A stretch of DNA of 64,000 bases from Candidatus Spongiisociaceae bacterium (GTDB taxonomy: Bacteria; Actinomycetota; Acidimicrobiia; Spongiisociales; Spongiisociaceae), in the NCBI GenBank assembly GCA_965219685.1, contig CBDCOH010000002.1, forward strand, positions 2,464,001 to 2,528,000, written 5' to 3'. The notes below the pieces were generated by a model, which made no database searches, was not told the origin of the DNA, and was given only the letters and a program-made list of their open reading frames with translations. The position numbers were made by a program, and so were the translations under genes. Positions 29,937 through 39,434 of the stretch are shown here, piece by piece (the first letter of the stretch is position 1; every line of letters begins with the position of its first letter).

Positions 29937-30901
29937 CCCCGCTCCCGGATCCGCTATGTCTGGAACTCCATCACTGGATGAGGCTCACCCGAACATTCGA
30001 TGACCAACTGATCTCTTTGTGGAAGCAGGGGCGGGGCGTGGGAGCGACGTTCAACCAGAGGGGACACGAGGCGATCAGCGTCGGAGCAGGGGCTGCCCTC
30101 CGACCGGAGGATGTGGTAGCGCCGATGCATCGCGATCTCGGCTGCTACCTGATCCGCGGCATGACCCCCCGGCGCATCATGGCCAACCAACTCGGACGCT
30201 CGACCGGGGTTACCGGCGGTCGCGACGCCAACCTGCACGGATGCGGTGACCTATCGCTGAACATCATCGGATTCATCAGCCATCTCCCACAATCAATGCC
30301 TGTGGCCCTGGGGGCGGCCATGTCGTTCATCTACCGTGACGAACCCCGGGTGGCGATGACCTTCGCAGGAGACGGCTCCTCTTGTGCAGGCGTGTTCCAT
30401 GAGACCCTGAACCTCGCCGCCGTCTACGGAGCACCCTTCGTGGTGATCGTGGAGAACAACCAGTACGCCTACTCGACACCCCTCCGCCAACAGATGGCCA
30501 TCGACGACATCGCCCAGCGCGCAAACGCGCACGGGGTGCGATCCGAGATCGTCGACGGGAACGATGTGGAGGCGGTGTATCGAGCGACGGACGCAGCCAT
30601 CTGCCGGGCCCGCGAAGGCGGAGGCCCCAGCCTGATCGAAGCCAAGACAATGAGGATGCTGGGTCACGCCATCCACGACGGCGCCGAGTACGTACCTGCT
30701 CGATTGCTGGACGAGTGGCGATCGCTCGATCCGCTTCTGCGACTCGAGGAAACCATGCTGGCCCGTCGATTGGTCGACCGGGAGCAACTAGAGGAGGTGA
30801 CCGATGAGTGCCGGCAGATCGTCGCCGATGCGGTGCGGTTCGCCGAGTCGAGCCCGTGGCCCGATCGCAGCACGGTCAGGGAAGGGGTCTACGCACCTTG
30901 A
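29933..30901 (+). CDS. 2-oxoacid (pyruvate/acetoin/branched-chain) dehydrogenase E1 alpha subunit
   Basis: GHEAISVG, TPP motif GDG...ENNQYA and RMLGHA. Confidence 0.92.
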   Translation: MTPLPDPLCLELHHWMRLTRTFDDQLISLWKQGRGVGATFNQRGHEAISVGAGAALRPEDVVAPMHRDLGCYLIRGMTPRRIMANQLGRSTGVTGGRDANLHGCGDLSLNIIGFISHLPQSMPVALGAAMSFIYRDEPRVAMTFAGDGSSCAGVFHETLNLAAVYGAPFVVIVENNQYAYSTPLRQQMAIDDIAQRANAHGVRSEIVDGNDVEAVYRATDAAICRAREGGGPSLIEAKTMRMLGHAIHDGAEYVPARLLDEWRSLDPLLRLEETMLARRLVDREQLEEVTDECRQIVADAVRFAESSPWPDRSTVREGVYAP

Positions 30902-31953
30902 GGGGCGAGGAACGGCGGGAACGGAGCGAATTCGAGAGCATACCGCCGGAACCTATGGAGGGGGCGCGTCCTCCCGGTACCCGGAGGATGACGTACCTCG
31001 AGGCGATCAGCGATGGTCTGCGGACCGAGATGCGCCGGGATCCCAGCGTTCTGCTGATGGGTGAGGACATCGGTGGCGACTTCGGAGGCGCATTCAAAGT
31101 GACGAGGGGTTTCGAGGCTGAGTTCGGCGCCCACCGGGTCATCAACACGCCGATGGCTGAACTCGGCTTCATAGGAGCAGCAACCGGGATGGCGCTGATG
31201 GGACTGCGGCCCGTCATCGAGGTGCAGTTCGCCGACTTCATCTCGACCGGTTTCGACGCCATCGTGCAGTACGCAGCAACGACCCACTACCGCTGGGGGG
31301 GTTCGGTCCCCTGGGTGATCCGCGCTCCGGCTGACGGTGGCCTTCGTTCGGGCCCCTTCCACAGCCAGAACCCCGAAGCCTGGTTCGTGCACACCCCAGG
31401 CCTCAAGGTGGTGGCCCCGAGCACCCCCTCGGACGCCAAGGGCTTGCTGCTGGCCGCGATACGCGACAACAACCCGGTCATCTACTTCGAGTCGAAGCCC
31501 CTCTACCGGAGCCTCCGGGGGGAGGTTCCCCTGGGAGACGGTGCCGTTTCGATCGGAAAGGCCCGGATAGCCCGGGCCGGCTCCGACGTTACCGTTATCA
31601 GCTACGGCGAGATGGTGAGGCAGGCTGTTGCGGCGGCCGATCAGGTCAGCGCGGACATCTCAGCGGAAGTGATCGACATGCGCTCACTGAAACCGCTGGA
31701 CCGAGAGGCGATACTCAACTCGGTTCGCAGGACCGGCCGGGCAGTGGTGGTGCACGCCGCCAACCGGTTGAGCGGCATCGGGGCCGAGATCGCCGCCGAG
31801 TTGGGGGAACTTGCATTCGAGTACCTGGACGCGCCCATCAGCCGGTTGGGGGGTCTCGACATACCCGTTCCGTTCAGCCCGTCGTTGGAGGACGCCTATC
31901 GCCCCGATGCGGCCAGCATCGCCACCGCGATACGCGAGTCGGTCGCGTTCTAG
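30898..31953 (+). CDS. 2-oxoacid dehydrogenase E1 beta subunit
   Basis: MGEDIG, NTPMAE, EVQFADF, FHSQNPE and LDAPI motifs; start uncertain (TTG 30898 overlapping the upstream stop, or a later ATG). Confidence 0.92.
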   Translation: MRGEERRERSEFESIPPEPMEGARPPGTRRMTYLEAISDGLRTEMRRDPSVLLMGEDIGGDFGGAFKVTRGFEAEFGAHRVINTPMAELGFIGAATGMALMGLRPVIEVQFADFISTGFDAIVQYAATTHYRWGGSVPWVIRAPADGGLRSGPFHSQNPEAWFVHTPGLKVVAPSTPSDAKGLLLAAIRDNNPVIYFESKPLYRSLRGEVPLGDGAVSIGKARIARAGSDVTVISYGEMVRQAVAAADQVSADISAEVIDMRSLKPLDREAILNSVRRTGRAVVVHAANRLSGIGAEIAAELGELAFEYLDAPISRLGGLDIPVPFSPSLEDAYRPDAASIATAIRESVAF

Positions 31954-31998
31954 GCCGTTGCCCGTCGCCCGTGAACGGCTACCACACCTAATGGGGGT

Positions 31999-32190
31999 CC
32001 ACCACTTCTGCCGGTGTTTCTGGGAGGGTGTGGTGGTTGAGCTGGCTGGCCGGTGAGTACTGATGGCACCCGGAACGTTGATTCCTAGAGCTAGAGCGTA
32101 CCCCGGCCGGTTCGCGAGGGTGCTTGTAGCGCTCATGGGGTGTCGTGCCGTAGAGCACTGATCCATTAGGTCGCCGCCGGGTGTCCCTCG
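31999..32190 (+). ncRNA. IS110 bridge RNA (5' stem-loop, target-binding loop, donor-binding loop)
   Basis: TGGGGTGTC (32136-32144) equals the right end 33470-33478. CCATTAG (32163-32169) is the reverse complement of the left end 31988-31994. AGCTAG (32089-32094) is the reverse complement of core plus right flank. Confidence 0.85.
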
Positions 32191-32236
32191 AAGCTCTCTG
32201 ACAATGTTTTGGGACTGTTTCTGAAGGAGGCAGCAG

Positions 32237-33457
32237 ATGATCTTTGTGGGAGATGACTGGGCTGAGGCGCATCACGATGTGTGTCTGATGGACGAGGCGG
32301 GAACTCGGTTGGCTGGACGGCGGCTGCCGGAGGGCCTGGCGGGGGTGGCCCAGTTGCATGAGATGATCGCCGAGCACACATCGGATCCGGCCGAGGTGGT
32401 GTTAGGCATCGAGACCGATCGGGGCCTCTGGGTCGGTGCTCTGGTCGCAGCGGGCTATCAGGTATATGCGATCAACCCCAAGGCGGTGTCCCGTTACCGG
32501 GATCGGCACAGCATGGGCGGAGCGAAATCAGACCGTGGCGATGCCAAGGTGTTAGCCGATCTGGTACGAACCGACCGTCACAACCATCGTCCCGTGGCCG
32601 GGGACAGCCCAGAAGCGGACGGGATCAAGATCATGGCCAGAGCGCATCAGAACCTGAAATGGGCCCGGGTGCGTCACACCAACCAGATGCGCAACGCCCT
32701 CCGCGAATACTATCCCGCAGCGTTGGAAACGTTCGATGACCTGGCCCATCGCGACGCCCTTGCCGTCCTGGGCAAAGCACCCACCCCCACCCTGGGCACC
32801 CGCCTGACACTGCCCCAGATCAGAGCAGCCCTCCAGAAAGCCGGGAGGCGACGCAACCTCGACAAGGTTGCCCGCCGCATCCAGAAAGGCCTCAGAGGTG
32901 CCCACCTCACCGCACCGGAGCCGGTTGAGAACGCACTCGGGACAACAGTTGCATCACTGGTCAACATCATTGTGGAAACCAACCACCAGATCGAACAGCT
33001 CGAGCAAACCCTCGAGACCCGTTTTAGAGAACACCCGGACGCCGTCATCTACCACTCCCAGCCAGGACTCGGTACCGTGCTCGGCGCCCGGGCGCTCGGT
33101 GAGTTCGGGGACGACCCCCAACGCTACACCAGCGCCAAGTCTCGCAGGAACTACGCCGGCACGTCGCCCATCACCATCGCATCAGGCCGCAAACACGCCG
33201 TCACGGCCCGCCACGTCCGCAACCGGAGACTCTACGACGCCCTCGACCAATGGGCATTCTGCACCCTAACCCGAAGCCCAGGCGCCCGAGCCTTCTACGA
33301 CCAACGACGAGCAGCCGACGACGAACACCACCAAGCCCTCCGAGCCCTCGCCAACCGACTCGTAGGCATCCTCCACGGCTGCCTCAAACACCGAACCCCC
33401 TACAACGAACACACCGCCTGGGCCCACCGAACCGCCCTCGACCGAGCCGCAGCTTGA
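32237..33457 (+). CDS. IS110 family transposase (DEDD RuvC-like recombinase)
   Basis: FVGDDW, GIET, INP, AKSDRGDA, PGLG and AGTSPITIASG motifs; SD AAGGAGG. Confidence 0.96.
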   Translation: MIFVGDDWAEAHHDVCLMDEAGTRLAGRRLPEGLAGVAQLHEMIAEHTSDPAEVVLGIETDRGLWVGALVAAGYQVYAINPKAVSRYRDRHSMGGAKSDRGDAKVLADLVRTDRHNHRPVAGDSPEADGIKIMARAHQNLKWARVRHTNQMRNALREYYPAALETFDDLAHRDALAVLGKAPTPTLGTRLTLPQIRAALQKAGRRRNLDKVARRIQKGLRGAHLTAPEPVENALGTTVASLVNIIVETNHQIEQLEQTLETRFREHPDAVIYHSQPGLGTVLGARALGEFGDDPQRYTSAKSRRNYAGTSPITIASGRKHAVTARHVRNRRLYDALDQWAFCTLTRSPGARAFYDQRRAADDEHHQALRALANRLVGILHGCLKHRTPYNEHTAWAHRTALDRAAA

Positions 33458-33542
33458 CATTTACGCTCCTGGGGTGTCTAGCTAGCTCATCGTGGTCGTC
33501 GTGGTCGGTCCTGGCTCGGTAGTCGAGTACCCTCCGGAGTTA

Positions 33543-33610
33543 CCACCATTCACCATTCACCATTCACCATTCACCACTCACCACTCACCACTCACCACTC
33601 ACCACTCACT
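33543..33610. repeat. heptamer tandem repeat (TCACCAT then TCACCAC, ~9-10 units)
   Basis: Ends directly at the -10 box TAACCT of the downstream gene. Confidence 0.97.
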
Positions 33611-33621
33611 AACCTTAGGGT

Positions 33622-34584
33622 ATGCGAAGGTTCACGATTGACCTGAAGGGACCGTTTCACGGGATCGAGTTCGGTGGCGAGGGCCGGCTGGTGCTCCTCG
33701 TGCATGGTCTGAGCGGATCGGCCGTCAATTGGGTGGAAGTGGGGGATGGACTGACTGTCTACGGCAGAGTCGTTGCGCCCGAGCTCCCAGGATTCGGACG
33801 CACTCCCCCGGCCGGGCGCCGTGCGTCGATCGAAGCGCAGGCGGAGATCTTGGCCGAGTTCATTCGGAGGCAGTCGGACAGACCAGCTCTCATCGTCGGC
33901 AACTCGATGGGGGCGATGGCCGCAATGATCCTGGCGGGACGTTATCCCGAACTGGTGAAACGGCTCGTGCTGATCGATTCACCAGCGCCATCACCCTCCG
34001 CTATCGGCATGGCGCCGGTGTGGATGCTGGTCATGGTCCTGTACCTGATCCCCGGGCTGAACAAGGCCTTGCTGACCTGGATGCACAGCCAGGGCTCACC
34101 CGAGGAGCGCACGGAGGCGGGAATAGACCTGATCGCCGCCCGTGCCGACCGCATCCCCAGATCGACGCGCCTCCTTCATGCCCAAGTGACTGCCGAGCGC
34201 AACATGATGCCGTGGACACACGATGTGCACCTCGAGGCTTACCGCTCGATAATCCGGACCCTTGTCCCCTACTCGCGCTTCGACCAGATGGTGCGTCGGA
34301 TCACAGTACCGACCCTTCTGATACACGGGACCACGGACATCGTGGTACCGGTAGCAGCGGCCGAACGCCTAGCCTCCCTTCGTCCCGATTGGACCTACCG
34401 ACCGTTGGTGGATACCGGGCACATCCCCATGATGGAGTCCCCCGAGTTGTGCCTGGAGTTGATCGGCGAGTTCATGGCGGCGACGGGACTGACTCCGGAA
34501 CATGGAACCGGCAGCGTGGCAGCCGTCAGCCATAACGGCGCCGCCGACTCCAATCCAGAAAGCGTTCGAGCGGCCAGGTATTAG
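33622..34584 (+). CDS. alpha/beta fold hydrolase
   Basis: LVHGLSG, PGFG, nucleophile GNSMG, HGTTDIVV and GHIP motifs. Confidence 0.92.
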   Translation: MRRFTIDLKGPFHGIEFGGEGRLVLLVHGLSGSAVNWVEVGDGLTVYGRVVAPELPGFGRTPPAGRRASIEAQAEILAEFIRRQSDRPALIVGNSMGAMAAMILAGRYPELVKRLVLIDSPAPSPSAIGMAPVWMLVMVLYLIPGLNKALLTWMHSQGSPEERTEAGIDLIAARADRIPRSTRLLHAQVTAERNMMPWTHDVHLEAYRSIIRTLVPYSRFDQMVRRITVPTLLIHGTTDIVVPVAAAERLASLRPDWTYRPLVDTGHIPMMESPELCLELIGEFMAATGLTPEHGTGSVAAVSHNGAADSNPESVRAARY

Positions 34585-36274
34585 CGATCCGGTCCCGCTC
34601 GAGCCAGCCTCGCTGAGCCTGGCGGACTCCCCATTTCGACTGCTCCAGTTCCTCAACGCGGTGGGCGTCGGTCGAGATGACGAGATGGACCCGACGGGTT
34701 CGCGCCCGTGATAGGACCTCGACCGAGGCGTCGAGGCGGTCCAAGTGGGAGTTGATCTCGATGGCGGTCCCGGTCGCCTCCGCCGCTTCCAGCACCGTTC
34801 CCAGGTCGAGGTCGATCCCGGGACGGCGGCCGATGCGGCGACCCTGCAGGTGACCGATCACATCGACGGCCGGGTGCCGGATGGCCTTCACGACACGGGC
34901 CGTCTGATGCCCGATCGGCAGGTCGAAGTAGCTGTGCACCGAGGCGACGCACCAGTCGTAGTCCATTAGGAAGTCATGGTCGTAGTCGAGCGAGCCGTCC
35001 TTGCCGATGTTGAGCTCAACTCCGTGAAGTATGCGCATCGTGGGGTAGCGCTCCTGGAGGGAGGCGATCCGGCGGCGCTGAGACAGCATCTCCGACCTAC
35101 CCACTCCGTTGATGGCCAGATCCTCCGCGTGGTCGGTGATCGCAACGTACTCGAGACCTAGGGCCGAGGCCTTATCGAGCATCGCCTCCAGAGAGTCGTC
35201 ACCGTCCCCCGACATATCGGTGTGGACATGCAGATCACCTCTGAGATCCCCGTCGACTACCAGATCCGGGAGCCCACCCGACTGGGCCGCCTCGATCTCA
35301 CCGGTATCTTCACGGATGGTCGGAGGTATCCACGGCAGTCCCAGAGCCTCGTATATGCCGTCCTCCGTCTCCTGGGCGACGATCCCCCCACCCTCCGCCT
35401 CGTACAGCGAGTACTCGCTGAGCACCCACCCCCGCTCGATCGCCAGCCGGCGCAACCGGATGTTGTGCTCCTTGGAACCTGTGAAGTACAGCAGCGCAGC
35501 ACCCCACTGCTGCATGGGGACTACCCGGACGTCGACCTGGAGACCCGAATGGGTGAGCATCGATGTCTTCGTGTCCCCCGATACCACCACATGGCGGACC
35601 CAACCCATCTTTACCAGCCGCTGCGTCACCGGCGCAGGATCGGGCGTCGCCACCAGGATGTCGAGATCGGCAACCGTGTCCCGGAAGCGGCGCAGGCTCC
35701 CGCAGTAAGCAGCTTCCTGAACACCGGGCAGCGTCCGGACTTCGGACACGATCCGCCGGGCGAGCCGCATCGCCGCCAGGATCGGAGTCCGGCGGTCCTT
35801 GCCGGACCACCCGAGCCGGTCGATGGCCCGGCGCAGGTTCTCCTCGGTCTTGGGACCGAAGCCGGGCAGTTGCCGGACCGCCTCCGCCTCGAGGGCCACG
35901 ATGAGGCTCTCCACCGAGTCCACCCCCAGGGCCGTGCGCAACATGACGGCTCGTTTCGGTCCCAGGCCCGGAACCCGCACGAGCTCGCGGAAATGGAGCG
36001 GGAACTCCTCCCGGAGTCGATCGAGCCTGTCGATCCGACCGGTCTCGACGTATTCGCGTATGTAGGACGCCGAGGACTTCCCGATGCCGGAGACCCTCAG
36101 CAACTCCCCACCGGACAACCCCGCCACTCGATGGGGAAGCCCCTCGAGAGCCTTGGCGGCCGCCTCGTATGCTCTGGCACGGAAGGACTGAGCGCTGCCA
36201 TCCTTGATACGGGTGAGTAGGGCGAGTTCCTCGAAGAGGGCGGCGACCTCGATGTTGGTCACCAAGACGACCAC
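34526..36274 (-). CDS. polX: DNA polymerase X / PHP-domain 3'-5' exonuclease
   Basis: GSLRR, DLDIL, QVDVR and YFTGSKEHN, plus PHP motifs DLHVHT, ITDH and STDAH; exact start uncertain. Confidence 0.93.
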   Translation of the reverse strand: MVVLVTNIEVAALFEELALLTRIKDGSAQSFRARAYEAAAKALEGLPHRVAGLSGGELLRVSGIGKSSASYIREYVETGRIDRLDRLREEFPLHFRELVRVPGLGPKRAVMLRTALGVDSVESLIVALEAEAVRQLPGFGPKTEENLRRAIDRLGWSGKDRRTPILAAMRLARRIVSEVRTLPGVQEAAYCGSLRRFRDTVADLDILVATPDPAPVTQRLVKMGWVRHVVVSGDTKTSMLTHSGLQVDVRVVPMQQWGAALLYFTGSKEHNIRLRRLAIERGWVLSEYSLYEAEGGGIVAQETEDGIYEALGLPWIPPTIREDTGEIEAAQSGGLPDLVVDGDLRGDLHVHTDMSGDGDDSLEAMLDKASALGLEYVAITDHAEDLAINGVGRSEMLSQRRRIASLQERYPTMRILHGVELNIGKDGSLDYDHDFLMDYDWCVASVHSYFDLPIGHQTARVVKAIRHPAVDVIGHLQGRRIGRRPGIDLDLGTVLEAAEATGTAIEINSHLDRLDASVEVLSRARTRRVHLVISTDAHRVEELEQSKWGVRQAQRGWLERDRIANTWPLERFLDWSRRRRYG

Positions 36275-36673
36275 CCCATCGCTACTCCTCTCCGCACCGG
36301 ACTGAAAGATAGCCACTCGAGACCGGAAGTTGCCGACGTTGCCCCCTAGACGAGCAGGCCAAGTCGGACCAGAAGCGACGGTACTCTACGATCGCTACAC
36401 AACGCTGTACAACCCATCCGTAACTCGTGTGCCCTGTTCCTGGACTCGGACCACGGGGCTGCCATTTCGTGACGAGCCACCCGCCGCGCTGAGGCGGGAC
36501 CCAAATAGCGCGATGGAGGATGGTAAGTGATCCGATTGAACGCTAACCACTGAACACCAACTAGAAACTATAGACCACCGACTACGAACTGATCATCTAA
36601 CCGGCGTAGTCGGCCGGCGTGGCCTGGTAACGCGGTAACCTCTCGTGGCGCCTCCCCGTCAGAAGGGTTCAAC

Positions 36674-38059
36674 ATGACTTTGGCCAGCGCCGGATACTCG
36701 GTGACCCTCCGTATCCACGTCCCCGCCGAGGACGAGCGGGCCATCGGGCGGATCACGACCGCCATCGGGGAGGCAGGTGGCGTGGTCACTGCCCTCGACT
36801 TCGTAGAGTCCGACTCGAACCGGTTGGTGCTCGACATCAGCGCCAACGCCCGTGGGGTGGAGCACTCCGGCGACATCACGGCTGCCGTGGACTCGGTGGA
36901 CGGGGTCACGGTCCACCACGTCTCGGACCGTACTTTCCTCATCCATCTGGGTGGCAAGCTCGAAGTCAGGAGCAGGGTCCGCCTCCGCAACCGCGACCAG
37001 CTCTCGATGGCGTACACCCCCGGCGTCGCGCGGGTGAGCCTGGCGCTGGCCAAGCATCCTGAAGACGCCCGCAACCTGACCGTCAAGGGAAACGCGGTGG
37101 CGATCGTCACCGATGGAAGCGCGGTGCTGGGCCTGGGAAACATCGGGCCGGTGGCGGCCCTTCCGGTTATGGAAGGAAAGGCCGCCCTGTTCAAACGTTT
37201 TGCCGATGTGAACGCCTGGCCCATCTGTCTCGACTCCAACGACTCCGACGAGATCGTGCGGGCCGTCGAGATGTTGGCCCCCGGATTCGGGGGGATCAAC
37301 CTCGAGGACATAGCCGCTCCCCGCTGTTTCGACATCGAGGCCCGCCTGCGGGACTCGCTCGACATCCCGGTGTTCCATGACGACCAGCACGGAACCGCCA
37401 TCGTCGTGCTGGCGGCTCTGACCAATGCGCTCAAGGTCGTCGGGAAGAAGATCGTCGACGTGAGGGTGGCCATGAGCGGCGCCGGAGCCGCCGGAGTCGC
37501 GGTAGCCAAGCTCCTCAAGGCCGTCGGTACACCCGACATCGTCGCCCTGGACAGGGGCGGCATCATCGGCCCCGACCGCACCTTCGTCGACCGGTCGAAG
37601 CGCTGGATGCAGGAACACACCAACCAGGACGGTCTCTCGGGGGGGATCCTGGATGCCCTCGAAGGGGCAGATGTGTTCGTCGGGGTGAGCGGCCCGGACC
37701 TGTTCGACGCGGCCGAGATCCGACGGATGGCGCACGACCCTATCGTTTTCGGACTCGCCAACCCCGATCCGGAGTTCGATCCTCAACGGGCGCGGGATTT
37801 TGCACCGGTGGTGGCAACCGGCCGATCCGACTTCCCCAACCAGATCAACAACGTGCTCGCCTTCCCGGGTGTCTTCCGGGGAGCGCTCGACGCGCGCGCC
37901 AAGTCCATAACCGATTTGATGAACGTGGCAGCGGCCCGGGCTATCGCTTCGGTGGTCAGGCCGGAGCAGTTGAACGCGAGCTACATCATCCCGTCGGTCT
38001 TCAATCCCGAAGTGGTCGACGAGGTCGCCAAGGCCGTGAGGGCTGCAGCCTCCGGCTGA
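36674..38059 (+). CDS. NAD(P)-dependent malic enzyme with N-terminal ACT domain
   Basis: AYTPGV, TDGSAVLGLG, INLEDI, FHDDQHGTA, GAGAAG and GRSDFPNQINN motifs. Confidence 0.94.
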   Translation: MTLASAGYSVTLRIHVPAEDERAIGRITTAIGEAGGVVTALDFVESDSNRLVLDISANARGVEHSGDITAAVDSVDGVTVHHVSDRTFLIHLGGKLEVRSRVRLRNRDQLSMAYTPGVARVSLALAKHPEDARNLTVKGNAVAIVTDGSAVLGLGNIGPVAALPVMEGKAALFKRFADVNAWPICLDSNDSDEIVRAVEMLAPGFGGINLEDIAAPRCFDIEARLRDSLDIPVFHDDQHGTAIVVLAALTNALKVVGKKIVDVRVAMSGAGAAGVAVAKLLKAVGTPDIVALDRGGIIGPDRTFVDRSKRWMQEHTNQDGLSGGILDALEGADVFVGVSGPDLFDAAEIRRMAHDPIVFGLANPDPEFDPQRARDFAPVVATGRSDFPNQINNVLAFPGVFRGALDARAKSITDLMNVAAARAIASVVRPEQLNASYIIPSVFNPEVVDEVAKAVRAAASG

Positions 38060-38061
38060 GC

Positions 38062-39318
38062 TCAGAAGGCCCGATCCCCAGGGACCGAGGGGACCCTTAT
38101 GCGAAAGGTGGAACCCTGACCCAGCCGGCTCTCCACCTCTACCCGGCCCCCGTGCAACTCGGCCACGTGTTTCACGATCGCCAAGCCCAGACCCGTCCCG
38201 CCCGTGGATCGGGAACGGGCTGGGTCGACCCGGTAGAACCGCTCGAAGATCCTCGGTAGGTCGGATGCGGGGATCCCGGAACCGGTGTCGGAGACCACGA
38301 TGGTCACCTCTCCGTTCCCGGAAGCGACGGATGCGGCAACCAGCCCTTGCTCCGGGGTGTGACGGACCGCGTTCTCCAGGAGATTGCGGAAAGCCAGCGC
38401 CAGATCGGACGGACTACCGATCATCGGGGTCGGAGCCGCCGCGAAGTCGATGGCGGGAAGCGAAGAACTGAACCGTTCGACCTCCTCGTCGAGCACGTCG
38501 GCAAGGTCGAACGGCTCGACGTGAGGACTGTCCGACTCCAGCCGGGACAGATCCAGCAGATCGGTCACGATCCTCGACATGCGCAGAGCGTTGTCGAAGA
38601 TCCTCCCTGAGAAGTCGAATACCGCCTCGGGATCCTCATCCATAGCGACCAGGATGGTCTCGGCAGCAGCCCTTATCGCCGCTACCGGTGTCTTCAGCTC
38701 GTGGGAAGCGGCGACCACGAAGTCCTGGCGCGTCCGGTCGGCCTGCACCCGCTCCGTGACATCGAGCAGATGGAGCACTATCACATCGTCGCTCCGCGAC
38801 GCGTGCCCGCACACCTCCACGATCCTGCGCGGCAGCCCCTGGGACAGACGCTTGGTGGCGGATCGACCCCTGGTCGCCGCTTCGATCACCTGGCGGACCG
38901 GCGTCGGTATGGGCGCTCCCGCCTCGGTGATCCGCTCGCCGAGGAACTTGGCGGCTGCCGCGTTCGCATACACGGGCCGGTCCGACCTGACCGCCACGAC
39001 CCCGATCGGCAGCGAGGCGAGGAGTTCTGCCTGGAACTCATCCCGGATCTGAAGCGCTTGGTTGTCGACCTCCAGGCTCTCGATCCTACGCCGGTCGGCA
39101 GCCGAGCGCAGGCGGTGGCGCCGGGCCAGCCACACGATCGACCAGATGGCCACGGCACCTGCCAAGCCTCCGATCCAGGACCACGGCGGATGCGCCCTCA
39201 GCGCTGTGAAGCCTGCCAGAGCCACCGCGGCCAGACCCGTGTAGTGGAGCGTCGCGAGACCGAGCCGTCCCGTTGGGGTGGAGAAGCTTGGCTCGTCCGG
39301 GGATGCAGGGCCCGTCAT
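38062..39318 (-). CDS. senX3: sensor histidine kinase, SenX3/PhoR-like
   Basis: SHELKTP, NLLENA, DTGSGI, IFERFYRVD and GTGLGL motifs; downstream of a RegX3-like regulator. Confidence 0.85.
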   Translation of the reverse strand: MTGPASPDEPSFSTPTGRLGLATLHYTGLAAVALAGFTALRAHPPWSWIGGLAGAVAIWSIVWLARRHRLRSAADRRRIESLEVDNQALQIRDEFQAELLASLPIGVVAVRSDRPVYANAAAAKFLGERITEAGAPIPTPVRQVIEAATRGRSATKRLSQGLPRRIVEVCGHASRSDDVIVLHLLDVTERVQADRTRQDFVVAASHELKTPVAAIRAAAETILVAMDEDPEAVFDFSGRIFDNALRMSRIVTDLLDLSRLESDSPHVEPFDLADVLDEEVERFSSSLPAIDFAAAPTPMIGSPSDLALAFRNLLENAVRHTPEQGLVAASVASGNGEVTIVVSDTGSGIPASDLPRIFERFYRVDPARSRSTGGTGLGLAIVKHVAELHGGRVEVESRLGQGSTFRIRVPSVPGDRAF

Positions 39319-39434
39319 ACCGGCCGGGCGGGCGGACCGGTCGGCCCGCGCCGTCTATTCGGGTGGGGACCCCGGCGACTAGTTGCAGCGCCGATCAACG
39401 GCCTCATGATTATCCGTCCAGCCGCACATCCCCA

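Larger units (their letters stand above)
31988..33479 (+). mobile_element. complete IS110-family element bounded by CT core dinucleotides
   Basis: CT at 31988-31989 and 33478-33479, no terminal inverted repeats and a long left non-coding end; both boundaries are matched by internal guide sequences. Confidence 0.9.

Noticed and set aside
34526-34584. 59-nt convergent overlap of the hydrolase and polX
   Set aside because: It involves only low-complexity tails; such overlaps are common in high-GC genomes and show no sign of function.
36330-36600. Possible small ORF or RNA between polX and the malic enzyme gene
   Set aside because: No convincing RBS, motif or stable structure; only a weak degenerate C/A-rich heptamer-like stretch near 36540-36590.
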